Shown here one piece after another: positions 47,106-58,461 of a stretch of DNA of 64,000 nucleotides (position 1 is its first letter; every line of letters begins with the position of its first letter). Below the pieces are notes generated by a model. That model did no database searches. It saw nothing but the letters and a program-made list of their open reading frames with translations, and was not told the DNA's origin. Origin of the DNA: a virus. The position numbers and the translations under genes are program-made. Location of the stretch: positions 1 to 64,000 of the IMG/VR virus record IMGVR_UViG_3300009514_000014; one strand, written 5' to 3'.

Positions 47106-47792
47106 TCATTGGGCGTTTTCGCTCTCGTAGGCATTCAGGCCGTCGTTGATCATTTTGCATATTGCTTCCTCTGGCATTCGCCGAACTTTCTCGTGTCGAC
47201 GCTTGCATGCCGAGTTCCAGGGGCGGGCCACTACCAGCACTTGCAAGCGGTTGGTGGTGTCTTGCTCCGCGATGTCGACGGCTTGGTTGTAGTCGTCTTC
47301 GATGAACACTGTCTTGCGTCGTGGATATTGCAAATAGTGTGTGTACAGCGCGGAGTACTTTGAAGCTTGCAAGCAGGAAAAATGCACTTGAGTGTCGGGT
47401 CCGAAGCCGTGACTGAACAGCCAACTGCTGGTGGCTTTCTCCAGACCGAAGTTGACGCGTCTGGCAGTGATGAAATCTGTGCCAGGCCAGCGCTGGAGGA
47501 CTTGCCACATGCGCATGTAGGAAGCCAAGCCGTAGTAGAAACCGGGATTGCTCCACAGCTTAGCTGTAACCTCCGCGACGAACTTCGGGTAGTCCGGTAC
47601 ATCTTGCCCGTGTTGCAACAGAAAGTCATGAACTTGAGGCTCGGAGGGGAATTCGGTGCAAACAGAAATTGGCACTGCAACATCGAATCGTTGCCATAGC
47701 CAAGTGAGCATTGCTGAGTGGATGTTGACCAGCACGCCGTCGATGTCGGAGACGAGGTTGGTGTCTTCAGGGTTGAATTTGTGGTTGGCCAT
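47106..47792 (-). CDS. HAD-family 5'(3')-deoxyribonucleotidase-like protein
   Basis: DIDGVL, FITAR, FIEDD, RPWN. Confidence 0.75.
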   Translation of the reverse strand: MANHKFNPEDTNLVSDIDGVLVNIHSAMLTWLWQRFDVAVPISVCTEFPSEPQVHDFLLQHGQDVPDYPKFVAEVTAKLWSNPGFYYGLASYMRMWQVLQRWPGTDFITARRVNFGLEKATSSWLFSHGFGPDTQVHFSCLQASKYSALYTHYLQYPRRKTVFIEDDYNQAVDIAEQDTTNRLQVLVVARPWNSACKRRHEKVRRMPEEAICKMINDGLNAYESENAQ

Positions 47793-49530
47793 TACCGGGT
47801 CTCCATGAGGTCAAAGTTGAGCGCGAATGGCGAGAACTCTATCCATTTTCCGTGTCCTTTTTCTCTGCGGCCTTCTTGGCGAGATAGCGTTTGCGTGCGC
47901 GTGCGGAGTCTCGAGCCTGCAAGCAGCGCTGTTCGTAGCACCACTTGGTGTCTCGCTTTTTGCCTTTGAAGGTCTCGCCGCAGTTAGTGCAAATGCAGGT
48001 GTAACGTGCTCGATGTTGTCCTGGCGGTTTTGCCATCGGTTACTCTTTTGCTGTTGGGTCGTCGAGGAGTGCCGCGAAGCGTCTCGAGTTAGGGTCTGTT
48101 TGCTTTTCACCGAGAGCCTCACCGATCACTTCTTGCTCGGTGAGCTCCGGAACGATGGGCGCTGTTCCTACTTTTGATTCGATGCCGCCACGACTGACGT
48201 ACACTGGACGTTTCGCTTTTAGAATACGAGCATCGCCGTCGGAGAATAGAATGACGTATGCGGCGCGACGAACTGCCTCTTGGCTGCGCACGTGCTGCAA
48301 AGTGGCTTCTCTGAATGTGACGCCTCTTTGCATGTCTCTCATGTTCAGTTCAAGCAGACCATTGGCCGTGATGCGACCGATCATGACCTGTAGCTCTCGA
48401 CGTTCCGCTCGCACGAAGTCTTTGTCGCGTACTGGAGCTACACCACGTCGGTCGAGTCCACTTGGCATTCGCACCCACGGTTTGGTCGCCCCACGCTCGC
48501 GCTCGCCACTGGCTGCATCTGGGACGGCTGGAGCGACTGCGTTGATGAAATCCAAGAAAGGACTACTTGGCTTTCTGTTTTTCATCCTGCTTGTCCAAGA
48601 AGTCCACGCACAGGTCATCAACAAACTGTGCGATGGTGATGTCTTTCTTCACGCAATGCGCGACGACTTTAGCATGTGTATCACCCTTGATGGAGACTTG
48701 CGTTTTCTTTGTTTTTCTTTTCATGTCGGTTGGCCTCCCCCTTGTGACAATTCATGCAAGATAGCAGGCGTCAGTCCTGCACGTTTCATCTCGATGAACA
48801 TGGCGCCAGTCTTGATGCCGAGGTAGTTTGCGACCTCACGTCGATTGCCGCAGAAACGAAACCAGGCTTGAGTGAACAGCGAGCGTGCTGCAGTGACAGC
48901 CGCCAGTCGTTTTCGGAAAGCCAGGTAGGTCTCGCCTTCGCGCTGTCCTAGCATGTTTAGCTTCTCTAAGTAACCCAAAGATGGAACGTCCTCTTCAGGC
49001 CGTCTTGGCGGTCTAGGGGCTCCTCGCTTCTTCTTTGGCTTAGCTGGCTCGGTTGCTCCGGGTGTAGGAATTGTAGGTGGTGCGTCGCTCATGCATACAA
49101 CTGTAATCGAAACAGGCATAGAGTCAAGCATATTTTTTTACCAATTTTTTATCATTTATTACTTGCGGTACAGATCTACTATTGGTAATCTGCCCTTGAG
49201 AAGTGAAGGTGAATCGATGGCTAAAGTTAGGCCTAAGACTAAAAAGAAGACCACCAAGAAGGCGCGCACTCCGGTGTCGCCCAGCAAGGCTGCTGTGCCT
49301 GAGAAGACACGTCAGACCTACGTATTCGATCATGAAACGCTCGGTGATGCTGCATTCATTCAGCGGGTGTTACGCGCTTCCACTGCGACGCACGCAGCGA
49401 AGTACGCCATTCGTCGTGTCGCTGAGATGTTGCGCTACGTTGACGAGGGTGGACAGATTCAAGTTGGATTCAAGGGTAACCGAAAGACGGTCATACTCGA
49501 CTTCCCACGAAGTGACGGCAAGACTGTCTG

Positions 49531-50103
49531 ATGTTTCGCCCTCCGGTTCGCGACAAACAAGCCAACTTCAATCTGTGGACATCAGGAGCGTACGGCAATC
49601 GTTTGCATGCCTGGCCCACTGTCGCTGCCTATCGGGCCTCAGGTTTTCCTGGTCGAATAGTGTTGCGGTACCTTGGTGCCACTGGTTGCGGGTTGTGTGA
49701 GTACAATCTGTATGACAGTGAGATTGACGCCATTGTCGAGGAGTGGCGAAAGCAAGGCGCCGATCCTGACCTGGTGATGGTTAACGAAGCGGCTCCGGAC
49801 TACGCTGTGACGCTACAGGGTGAGCTGTTCACAGGCGTCACACCTGACAATCGACCTGACTACTTCCTCTACTCGACAGTGGTTGCGCATATGCGACCTG
49901 CACTTGCCGCACGCTCGCGAGTCGTCACAGGATTGACGACTCGCATGTTGTTGCGCCAGCACATGACGCCTTCAAGCCTCGCAGATTTAGATCTGTTAAT
50001 CGACAACTACCCTGATCACGTGCTAGAGATTAGCGTGTTTCGAATTTGTCTCGGCGACATTCCAGGTCGTAACTCTCTAGTCTGGGAGGTTCGTCGATAC
50101 TGA
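49531..50103 (+). CDS. hypothetical protein
   Basis: coupled ORF (TGATG). Confidence 0.6.
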   Translation: MFRPPVRDKQANFNLWTSGAYGNRLHAWPTVAAYRASGFPGRIVLRYLGATGCGLCEYNLYDSEIDAIVEEWRKQGADPDLVMVNEAAPDYAVTLQGELFTGVTPDNRPDYFLYSTVVAHMRPALAARSRVVTGLTTRMLLRQHMTPSSLADLDLLIDNYPDHVLEISVFRICLGDIPGRNSLVWEVRRY

Positions 50104-50115
50104 AAGGACCAGTCG

Positions 50116-50634
50116 ATGTACCTCGCCTTATTGCTTGCACTAGCCAACGGCCATGCACCCCCAGCGATTTCCGCCACTATCAAAGCTCAGGCTGTAGAAG
50201 TCGTCTCCGGCCGGCTGTCCGTCTACCACCCGCATGACGGTTTCAATCGGGGCATCTTGAGCTGCTCGGGTGCCGCCCCCATCAAGTTCACGTGGGAGCA
50301 AAATCACATTGCCTTCAGACAGTGGCGGCGCATGGGCTGCGGGCGTCAAGTTCTTGTCTGCGCCAAAACGACTGGTCGATGCGCCGTATCCAAAGTACGT
50401 GATGCAGGTCCTTACGGCATCTACACCGGCAAGCTTCATGGAGCCGTGAAAGACGGTCGTTGGAAGGTGTGGGTCAAACGGCGTCCACCTAAGGGCTGGA
50501 AGTGGCGCGCTGCCGTCGATTTGTCGTATGGATTGTGGAAGCGACTAGGAAAGCCTGGCGGCCTGACAAACGTGTCGATGCACTTCCTGCCTAAGGAATC
50601 GAACGGCGGCTACGGTAGGGTGCCTTCCGCTTAG
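50116..50634 (+). CDS. RlpA-like double-psi beta-barrel protein (candidate lytic transglycosylase/endolysin)
   Basis: signal-like N-terminus; CGRQVLV...VRDAGPY...VDLSYG..KRLG. Confidence 0.6.
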   Translation: MYLALLLALANGHAPPAISATIKAQAVEVVSGRLSVYHPHDGFNRGILSCSGAAPIKFTWEQNHIAFRQWRRMGCGRQVLVCAKTTGRCAVSKVRDAGPYGIYTGKLHGAVKDGRWKVWVKRRPPKGWKWRAAVDLSYGLWKRLGKPGGLTNVSMHFLPKESNGGYGRVPSA

Positions 50635-51133
50635 GCGGAAGTTTGACGGGCTGCTGCTTGACGTAGATGATCTTTGTCTTCTGAGCTGACAGTTTCTTCA
50701 AGGCTTCCGCCATGTTTGCCTGGCGTTTTTTGTCCGTCTCTGCGGCGATCTTGAAGCGCTCCATCTTTTGCCCGACCGTCACGACTCCCCATAGCAGTGA
50801 GCCAAGGAAGCCCAGGACTGTAGCTACTCCGACGGCGACACCCACCCAGTACTTCAAACCCTTGGGCGTAGCGACTGGTGTCATGTCGGAGAGTATTTTG
50901 GCGTGCTGCTCCGCGTTTTCTGCGATGGTTTGGTCAAGTGCATCGCGGATGCCATCGCGGAGTGCGGCACATTCAGTTTGGCGGACGGCCGAACCATTTA
51001 GTCGACTGAGATGCGCATTGACATCCGACAGGCCACCTTCGAGGTCTCTTTGCCCTTGCTCCAGATTCTTGATGCCTTTTCTGGATTCTCCGACGTGGAT
51101 GAGTATTTGTGTGAGGGGGTCGGTCTCGCTCAT
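50591..51133 (-). CDS. coiled-coil membrane protein (lysis cassette?)
   Basis: heptad region + TM. Confidence 0.5.
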   Translation of the reverse strand: MSETDPLTQILIHVGESRKGIKNLEQGQRDLEGGLSDVNAHLSRLNGSAVRQTECAALRDGIRDALDQTIAENAEQHAKILSDMTPVATPKGLKYWVGVAVGVATVLGFLGSLLWGVVTVGQKMERFKIAAETDKKRQANMAEALKKLSAQKTKIIYVKQQPVKLPPKRKAPYRSRRSIP

Positions 51134-51570
51134 TGCACTGTTCCAGTTTTCTTCACAGCAACTGCAATCCCAACCGTTGCTCCTGCCCCTACCACGAATC
51201 CGACGGTCATCCATAAGTATGGAGATCGCCACCAGGCGTCTTTGCTGGCAAATGCCTTGGCTTGTGCTTCGGCAGTATCTTTCCAGGCCTTGGTGATGGC
51301 CTGATTAGTCTTTTCGTTGAGCTCAAGAATGCGCACACGATCGATGTTATTGCTGAGACGCGCCTCGGTCTTCTTCAACGTCGCCCTGACCTTCGGCAGC
51401 TGCTTGGCGTCCTTCAACCTTCGACGTGCGACTGGCATAGGGAACCAGACGCCCTTCACACCTTTGTGCAGCATGCCGACGGCGTCGGTCTTACTGGGCT
51501 GGGACGTAGGCTGTCCGTAGGCAGAGGAGCTCACCAGCAGACTCACGATCACGATGCAGCATCTCAGCAT
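51130..51570 (-). CDS. spanin-like envelope protein
   Basis: signal peptide, coiled coil, C-terminal TM. Confidence 0.45.
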   Translation of the reverse strand: MLRCCIVIVSLLVSSSAYGQPTSQPSKTDAVGMLHKGVKGVWFPMPVARRRLKDAKQLPKVRATLKKTEARLSNNIDRVRILELNEKTNQAITKAWKDTAEAQAKAFASKDAWWRSPYLWMTVGFVVGAGATVGIAVAVKKTGTVQ

Positions 51571-51572
51571 GG

Positions 51573-51908
51573 CTATTTCTCCAGCTCGTTGAACTCGGCG
51601 ATGACGTCGGCGTCTGAGAGCCCGTCAACCTCTTTGACGACAGCAACTGTGGCGCGTTTGGCCTCGATTATCTTCTTGTCGAGCTCGAGGCCCTTTTCGC
51701 GATTGGTGATCAATTCAATCTTACGGGCCTCCTTGTCCGCTTCAAGTCCGGCAACTTTGGCGGTTGTCTTCATCATGGCCAACTCGCCTCGAAGCTGCTC
51801 CGCCACTTTCTTTTGGCGGAGCAGCAATAGGACGAAGAGGAGAATGACGCCTGCGCCACCTGCAATGAGTGCGATGCCGAGGCGCCAATGTGTTCTCCAC
51901 CAGCTCAT
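51573..51908 (-). CDS. i-spanin-like protein
   Basis: N-terminal TM + coiled coil. Confidence 0.45.
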   Translation of the reverse strand: MSWWRTHWRLGIALIAGGAGVILLFVLLLLRQKKVAEQLRGELAMMKTTAKVAGLEADKEARKIELITNREKGLELDKKIIEAKRATVAVVKEVDGLSDADVIAEFNELEK

Positions 51909-51911
51909 GGC

Positions 51912-52517
51912 CTACTCCGCGTCCGCCTTCTTGGGTGCCGGTGACGGTTCGTCCGTCTTCTTTTTGCTGCCGAGGAAGGGCACATACTTGAATGCTGCCG
52001 AGTACATGCCTGCAGCCGACGTACCCATGGTTATGCCACCGACAATGGCGTCGAGCCACCCGCTGCCGGCTGCAATGGCAAACGCTCCTTGACCGATAAC
52101 ACCGAGACCGATGGCGACCCAGGGTAGTACCTTTGGTGGAATCTTTTTGCCGACTAAAGTGTTCAGCAGCCATGTCAGCAGCATGAGCAGAATACCGACG
52201 AACAGCGCCCACTTTCCTGACTTGGCTGCCGCAATCATGCTGGTGATCATGTTGAGCGGACTGTCCTTGTCGACATCCTTTGGCGCGTTGGTCGGTGTCG
52301 GTGCCGGAACTTGCTCGATCTTCGTGATGGCGGGCTGTGATGTCGGAGCCTTGGTTGCCGCTGCTGCGACTTTTGTTGCCGTCTTTGCAGGCGCTTTAGT
52401 GGTGGTCTTCGCGACTGCGGGTTTGACTGCGCCGTCGGCGGCGAGTGCTGTGGAGCCGATCGTGGCGACGCTGAACAGCAGCGTCAGCATAATTGCTGTC
52501 TTCTTCTGGGTTCTCAT
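51912..52517 (-). CDS. holin-like membrane protein
   Basis: 3 TM segments, basic C-terminus. Confidence 0.5.
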   Translation of the reverse strand: MRTQKKTAIMLTLLFSVATIGSTALAADGAVKPAVAKTTTKAPAKTATKVAAAATKAPTSQPAITKIEQVPAPTPTNAPKDVDKDSPLNMITSMIAAAKSGKWALFVGILLMLLTWLLNTLVGKKIPPKVLPWVAIGLGVIGQGAFAIAAGSGWLDAIVGGITMGTSAAGMYSAAFKYVPFLGSKKKTDEPSPAPKKADAE

Positions 52518-52534
52518 TATGTTCCTCCATGCGC

Positions 52535-52933
52535 TTATGCGCTAGCCTGCGTGATGTTTGGCAGGAATTCAATGATGCCTCGTGCTAATCGCACCCGCTC
52601 AGGGGTCGCGAGTAGCGCCTTGATATCGTAGTTCCAGGTGCCAGCCAAGTCGGCCGTATCGTCGTGCTTGAAGGTCACCTTGAATATGCCTGAAGCGGGC
52701 GTGACGATCGCCATCTCCGTCGCCTCGGCAGTGCTGTAGGCCAGCAAGGCTTCAGAGTCCGCATCGGTGTTGTCCCGCTTGATGGTGAACCACAGTTTGG
52801 CGCCAGTCAGATCGAGTGGCGTGTCTGCCGGACGTTCCACCGTAAAGGTGTGGGTGTAGTCGTCACCGGCATGAATCGGTCGAAAGTTGTTACGTTCTAG
52901 TGCTGCAGCGGTGATGTTGTATTCTTGACTCAT
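52535..52933 (-). CDS. BppU-N-like baseplate/structural protein
   Basis: GDD...F....PLDLTGA..WFTIK...G.F.V.F...DTA.L.G...YDI. Confidence 0.65.
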   Translation of the reverse strand: MSQEYNITAAALERNNFRPIHAGDDYTHTFTVERPADTPLDLTGAKLWFTIKRDNTDADSEALLAYSTAEATEMAIVTPASGIFKVTFKHDDTADLAGTWNYDIKALLATPERVRLARGIIEFLPNITQASA

Positions 52934-53463
52934 TAGCCGACTTCCACTTCTAGGGGTGCAGACGCATCGTCCTCCACCACCAGTTTTGCACTCGCATCGG
53001 ATGCCACAGTCAGATTGCTGCTGGCACCTGTAGCGACTAATGCCTTTACAGCTTCCACGCGCACAGAAATCGTCTGTGTGGCAGCAGGCGCTGCCCTCAA
53101 GATTTTGCTCGCCGGATTGTTGACGACCAATGTAGCGGCCGCATACACGCCTTCGGTTGCGAGTTGCAGTAGAGTTTGTGCATCTGACTCAACGATCAGT
53201 GACAATGAAGCTTGAGGGTGCACAATCACCTTGGTTGTCGGGTCTAAAGCCAGGGTCAATGCCATAGCACTGTCGGAGTCTACCACCAATAGTCGGTCTG
53301 CGTCAGCAGATGTCGGCGTCGGCAGTAAGTTGACGTACAAAACCTGAAGCGGCATTCCCGGTTGCGGGATCAAGTACGCCCTTCCCGACAAGAATTGCGA
53401 AGACAGTCGCAGCATTTGCGCGCTGGCGCCGTTTTGTGAGTGCATGCTAGGCAATGGCTGCAA
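52933..53463 (-). CDS. hypothetical virion protein
   Basis: coupled ORF in the structural operon. Confidence 0.5.
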   Translation of the reverse strand: MQPLPSMHSQNGASAQMLRLSSQFLSGRAYLIPQPGMPLQVLYVNLLPTPTSADADRLLVVDSDSAMALTLALDPTTKVIVHPQASLSLIVESDAQTLLQLATEGVYAAATLVVNNPASKILRAAPAATQTISVRVEAVKALVATGASSNLTVASDASAKLVVEDDASAPLEVEVG

Positions 53464-55135
53464 GTCCGATCGTGGAGTATTGAACTCCGAATCCTGGCAC
53501 GGTGGCGGTTGCGATCGTGTAATAAGGTGCTGTAGTTAGTGGAATGCCCGCTGTTGTTTTTGTTAGCTGAAAGACTCCCTGAGTGTCGACTGAGCCGGCC
53601 TGGCTAAAAACAGTATTACCTGCCTCGTCGTACAACGTGACGGTCACCGCAGAAGGCACGACCAACGTGCTACCTTGTTGACACCAGATGTGGCCTTTGA
53701 AAATATCATTTGCAAAATCTAGCACGAAACTCTGATTGACCTTGATGGCGTTGGTCAAACTTTCAAGCGTTGACTGCCTAGCCAATTGATAGTTTTTAAC
53801 GACTACGCAGGTGTCGGCGCTTTCATCGGTAAGGTCGAAGTTGCCCATCAAATGGATGAAACCGGCTGTGTTTGTGTCCTCAAGCTGTATGTGCGCTCCT
53901 GTCGTATGGATCGCCACGATCCCGAAGTCGGTCATGCCTCGGACTTTCAGGTGCCCGTGGAAGTCAACGATCGAGCAATTCCTGCCGCCTCCGTTGACAT
54001 TAATGATAGCCGGGTCGAGCGCGCCCCTTCGGCCCGAATAGCATTTCCAAAGCTCCAGACCAGCAGCACCGCCAAGCACCATCTCGCCTTCGATTTCTGA
54101 GCGATGGATATCGCCTTCGACAAACCCAAGGTCCAAAACAACACACTCATTAATATACGAGTTGTCGTCCAGCGAACCGGACAGTGTGAGATCTCTAAAG
54201 TTGCAACCGGTAACATCAGCCCCCGCTTCAACCGTTAACGTAACCGTCAACTTATTTGCCCCCGTTACTTGAAAGCCGGGGATAGACACGCCGGCCGCCA
54301 GTGTTGCACTGCTGATAAATCTTAACGAGCGAAACCCGCGTCCGACTTGTGCGTCAATCAGTAGAGCATCAGCGACGTTGCTTGACGGGGCATGAGGGGC
54401 GCCGGCAGGATAGGACGTGCCGGATACTGCATTGCCGGTGACGTTTTCAACATCGATGGAGATTCGGCCGCCAAAGGTTCCCGCCTCTAGCTGCGTTTGG
54501 TTCGCCGTCGATGCCGCCGTTGATTCTGTTGTCTCGAGATACACCCCAAACGTAGGCAGCGCTTTCGGGATATTTGCGCCCGCATAGCTTCTGGCGACTA
54601 AGTTGCCCCCAGAGATCGAACACCTGACTATTTCATTGATCTTGTAGCTATCCCCTAAACCCCATTCGTTGTCGACTCCTCCAGACAGCGCAGTGCAGTA
54701 AAGAAGTGTATCGCTGATGGTAGTCAAGACTTCACAAGTTGACCCGTCAGTCAGGTTTCGAATCAGCATCCCTTGCGTCACGCCGTTGGCGAGGAAGAGC
54801 GCAGATGCATCGTATAGATCAGTGCCAGCAGGATGGCCGGTGGTGACTGTCCCAACTTGTTTGATGTTGTGTCGCGCCTCGAATGCGACAGCCATGTTAT
54901 TGGCGGTGACTGTGAGTCCAACGAAGTCGCCGCTACTCAGTTCTTCCTCACCTCCTGAACGCAAAATCAGTTTGCGTTTGTCTATATTTGCAACGTCGTC
55001 GGAGATGGCGCGACAGGTGTCTAGGATATCTTGAATCGTAACTTCTGTGATTGGTGCAGGAACCCAAAGAATCCTCAGATCATTGCTGTCTGGATTCCTG
55101 CCCCAATCGACAAATGCTCCGGCAATTTCGGACAT
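53447..55135 (-). CDS. virion structural protein (tail fibre-like)
   Basis: beta-rich Gly/Thr/Ser composition. Confidence 0.6.
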   Translation of the reverse strand: MSEIAGAFVDWGRNPDSNDLRILWVPAPITEVTIQDILDTCRAISDDVANIDKRKLILRSGGEEELSSGDFVGLTVTANNMAVAFEARHNIKQVGTVTTGHPAGTDLYDASALFLANGVTQGMLIRNLTDGSTCEVLTTISDTLLYCTALSGGVDNEWGLGDSYKINEIVRCSISGGNLVARSYAGANIPKALPTFGVYLETTESTAASTANQTQLEAGTFGGRISIDVENVTGNAVSGTSYPAGAPHAPSSNVADALLIDAQVGRGFRSLRFISSATLAAGVSIPGFQVTGANKLTVTLTVEAGADVTGCNFRDLTLSGSLDDNSYINECVVLDLGFVEGDIHRSEIEGEMVLGGAAGLELWKCYSGRRGALDPAIINVNGGGRNCSIVDFHGHLKVRGMTDFGIVAIHTTGAHIQLEDTNTAGFIHLMGNFDLTDESADTCVVVKNYQLARQSTLESLTNAIKVNQSFVLDFANDIFKGHIWCQQGSTLVVPSAVTVTLYDEAGNTVFSQAGSVDTQGVFQLTKTTAGIPLTTAPYYTIATATVPGFGVQYSTIGLAAIA

Positions 55136-55138
55136 ACG

Positions 55139-58100
55139 CTACGGCAGGTCAACGTTTTCGTCGGCCTGCAAGTTGGCCGCGATGTTGGCTCCAGTTGAAC
55201 CGAACGTCGCTGTACCATCAGCGGGCAACCAACCTTTGAGACGACCAACCCAGTAGATCGGGAAGTCGCCGATGTACTGGAGAGTATTTGACGCCGATGC
55301 TGCAGACGCTTCACCTTCGATGAGGGCCACATGGGCGTTGTACGTTGCGACCAAGTCCGCCGCGCCCGTCACATCACCGATGGTGTTCTGGCCGATGCCT
55401 TGCTGAAGGTGGAAACGACCGTTAGTCCGGTCGACAGTATCGTACACAAAGCTCAGGTACGTGCCTGTGCCGTTGGGGTCCAAGATGCGGAGCACGCCCG
55501 TATCTGGAACATCCAATGGCATCGGCACTGCTCGCGTTTGCGCATCAAGCTCTATATCGCTATCGCTGGCGCCATTGTAGATACCTCCAACTGTGCCTAC
55601 CTGGAACTCGGTGCGAAGAATCGTCTTCAGACCGGCACCCGTCGATCGATAGGCCGCAACGCGTACTCCAGTGAGGCCCGGGAGCGCCGTGTTTGCGTCG
55701 GTCATGACCAACGACTGCAAGTTTGGCGGTGTTCGAGGGCTGCCTGCTGCGGTGATCACCGTGAAGTTTTGGATGTCCGCTGCGAGCAGATCTTCCTTGA
55801 TAATGAACCAACCTTGGCTAAACGCTGCCTTGCCGCCAGAGAAGCTGGCAATAGGGCAACCCTGCGTGTTGATCGGATACGTGCTCACCAGTGAAGGGAA
55901 GATATTACCGGCAAGGCCGGCATCTGCGGTGCCTGGCCCGCCAATCAACGTTGTGATCTCGGAGGAGGTGCGGTACTTGGCATATTCGTAGACGTTCAAG
56001 ACCGTGACCAGTGGTGTCGCATCGTCCTGAATGTTGGGGGCGACCAGCGCGTTATAATTCTCGGCACCACTACCATCTCCCAGGTTGTAAGGCACGGTTG
56101 TCGAATCTGCATTGGAGGCAGGCGTGAATGTCGATCCCGAGGTGGCTCCGGTGATCTGATTGGTGTCCAACGTGCCCGAAATCTCTTCGACGTACATGTC
56201 CCCTGCCGCGTCTAGCCCCATGAAATAGCCGGACCATGCTGAGACGGCTTGGTTCAAAACTTCGCCGTAAACAAAAGCGGCTGAAGCTGCCACTGACTCC
56301 ACCAACTTGCGGCCAACCGTGAGCAGTTTGATGTCGTCAGCATAGCCGGCCACCAGGTTTGCAACCGAACTGAAGGTCGCCGTTGCCGCGCTGATCTGTC
56401 CCGTGATCGTTTCGGCGCTGCCGAATTGAGTGGCCGGCGTTTTCAAGATGTAGTCGAGCGTGTCCCCGGTTGTGTCTTCAGCGGTCACGATGCCGATCGC
56501 GCCCGTGGTCCCGCCGATGATCTCTTCACCGACAGTAAAGGCGCCCACACCCGTGTACGTGATTCGATGCGTACCAGTCAGGTTGTTAGGATCGACGATG
56601 GTGTTGAATGCGACACCGGCTAGACCACCGACCTGACCGGTAGTCACCCAGAAATAGGTGGTACCATACTCTTTGGCGTGGACAGTGACGTTGCCGCCAT
56701 CGATAAGCTGGCCCAGGGTGGCAACTGCAGGTTGAATGTACCGCACGTCGGTGGAGGTCTTGTTTTTGACCAAGACATCGATGTGGCCTGCGATCCACCA
56801 GTTGTCCAGCACTCGACCGTCCTGCTCCACGTAGAGGTTGGGTTGAGGAGTCGGATTGGTGCTGTCGTAGAAGAAGCCGTGATCTCCAACGCGGGCAAGA
56901 GTCGAACCAGACTGGATACCGGTCCAGATGTTATTCTTACTCGAATCCTGCCACGCGCCTTTCTCAAGGAAGCGAAACGACAGGTCGGGGATTTTCCAGC
57001 CGTTGATGATCGTGTACAACTGGTCTTTAACGTTGGCGCGAAGCGGAGCAAAATCGTCCAAGTAGCCCTGCTCATCAACCACGTCCTGCACCAAACCGTA
57101 GAATTGGCTGGAGCTGCGGACGATGTTGAGACTGCCAGCGGGGTAAATACCGCCTTGGCTGACGCGTTGCTCATCGAGTACACCACCGAGAGCCGCCGGA
57201 ACGTTGATCGTAGCAGCATCCAGATAGGCGTTTTGAGCATTCTCAACTTCAGCGTATTTCACCCAAGTCTTGTCGCTCTGTTCGACGTGCAACTCGTCAG
57301 CGTCTGCGAATGCTCCGGCGATCTTATCCGCCAAGATCAACTTGCCAGTTGAATCCCCGTCGTCGATGACTGCAACCACGCGACCGGCAACTCCCGTGAG
57401 ACCGGCATTGTAGCCCTGCACATGATCGCCAACCGAGAAGACCTTACCGGCGACCAGAGTGTCGTAGTACACGCAATCCAAGATGCGTAGGTTGTTGTTA
57501 TCCGTCCACGCGCCTCCTGTGGTATCGGAGTCCACCAAGCGCAACGATCCTGCCGTGGCAGTACCGTAGACTTTCTGTACGCGACCTTCCGCTCCGGACA
57601 CATTGTCCGTAACCCGTGCATCGGCAGGGATCAACTGGCCGCCAGCATCGTAGTGAATGATGACGCTGTTGTTGGTGTTAGTCGTTCCTGGAACAACTAG
57701 ATCAGTATCGAGTGCGGCGCCTGTCCACACTCCACTGTTATCAGTGCCGACGCCGTTTGTGTCGCAAACGTCGGATTGAATTCGTGCGGTGGGAAGCAAA
57801 ATGTTGAGCACCTCAGGATTCGTGAACGGCTCGCCCGTCATAGGCTCGCCGTAGATGATCCCCTCACCTGACGTTTCCTGGTTGTACTCGATTGCATACA
57901 CCACGATGGTCGCTGAAGATGTCGCACCCTGCAACGTGTCACCAACCTGGAAACCGCCGTTCCCCGCTGTGACGGAATCAAAGGCGAGCGTCGACAACTG
58001 AAGAACAGACTCGCCACTCACCCATCTGCCAACCACGTTGGTCAGCGTCAGCGTCCCTGTGGCCGCTGAGCCAGTCCGCGCGATGACTTTGCCGACTGCT

Positions 58101-58234
58101 CCGGATGTTTGACCTCGGACGTACTGGCCGACAGCAGGTTGAGTGCCTGTACCCGTGGTGTACGAGATGATTCCATCCACGTGGTAAATCCACTGATTTA
58201 CGTCGTCGAACAGCCAGTCATTAGCGATACTCAT
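55139..58234 (-). CDS. large virion structural protein (1031 aa) with repeated GxTSGAxG modules
   Basis: repeats F.VGE.I.G.TSGA.G.V. Confidence 0.7.
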   Translation of the reverse strand: MSIANDWLFDDVNQWIYHVDGIISYTTGTGTQPAVGQYVRGQTSGAVGKVIARTGSAATGTLTLTNVVGRWVSGESVLQLSTLAFDSVTAGNGGFQVGDTLQGATSSATIVVYAIEYNQETSGEGIIYGEPMTGEPFTNPEVLNILLPTARIQSDVCDTNGVGTDNSGVWTGAALDTDLVVPGTTNTNNSVIIHYDAGGQLIPADARVTDNVSGAEGRVQKVYGTATAGSLRLVDSDTTGGAWTDNNNLRILDCVYYDTLVAGKVFSVGDHVQGYNAGLTGVAGRVVAVIDDGDSTGKLILADKIAGAFADADELHVEQSDKTWVKYAEVENAQNAYLDAATINVPAALGGVLDEQRVSQGGIYPAGSLNIVRSSSQFYGLVQDVVDEQGYLDDFAPLRANVKDQLYTIINGWKIPDLSFRFLEKGAWQDSSKNNIWTGIQSGSTLARVGDHGFFYDSTNPTPQPNLYVEQDGRVLDNWWIAGHIDVLVKNKTSTDVRYIQPAVATLGQLIDGGNVTVHAKEYGTTYFWVTTGQVGGLAGVAFNTIVDPNNLTGTHRITYTGVGAFTVGEEIIGGTTGAIGIVTAEDTTGDTLDYILKTPATQFGSAETITGQISAATATFSSVANLVAGYADDIKLLTVGRKLVESVAASAAFVYGEVLNQAVSAWSGYFMGLDAAGDMYVEEISGTLDTNQITGATSGSTFTPASNADSTTVPYNLGDGSGAENYNALVAPNIQDDATPLVTVLNVYEYAKYRTSSEITTLIGGPGTADAGLAGNIFPSLVSTYPINTQGCPIASFSGGKAAFSQGWFIIKEDLLAADIQNFTVITAAGSPRTPPNLQSLVMTDANTALPGLTGVRVAAYRSTGAGLKTILRTEFQVGTVGGIYNGASDSDIELDAQTRAVPMPLDVPDTGVLRILDPNGTGTYLSFVYDTVDRTNGRFHLQQGIGQNTIGDVTGAADLVATYNAHVALIEGEASAASASNTLQYIGDFPIYWVGRLKGWLPADGTATFGSTGANIAANLQADENVDLP

Positions 58235-58461
58235 GATCTACTCCTTGTACTCGTCAGGCCAGTCCGCAACAGGTATTCCCTGTTGCTCAGCCATTTTGAT
58301 AAAAGCAAGGCGCCCGTCTTCGGGCATTGACAGGATTTCCCCGTCACGCACCCACATTAGATTTCCGGAAACCTGGTTAATCTTTCGTGTTGCCCCACAC
58401 AACCGACACTGATCTTCTTTTATGCAATCTTCTTTACTGCAAATGGGGCAATCTCTAGCAC

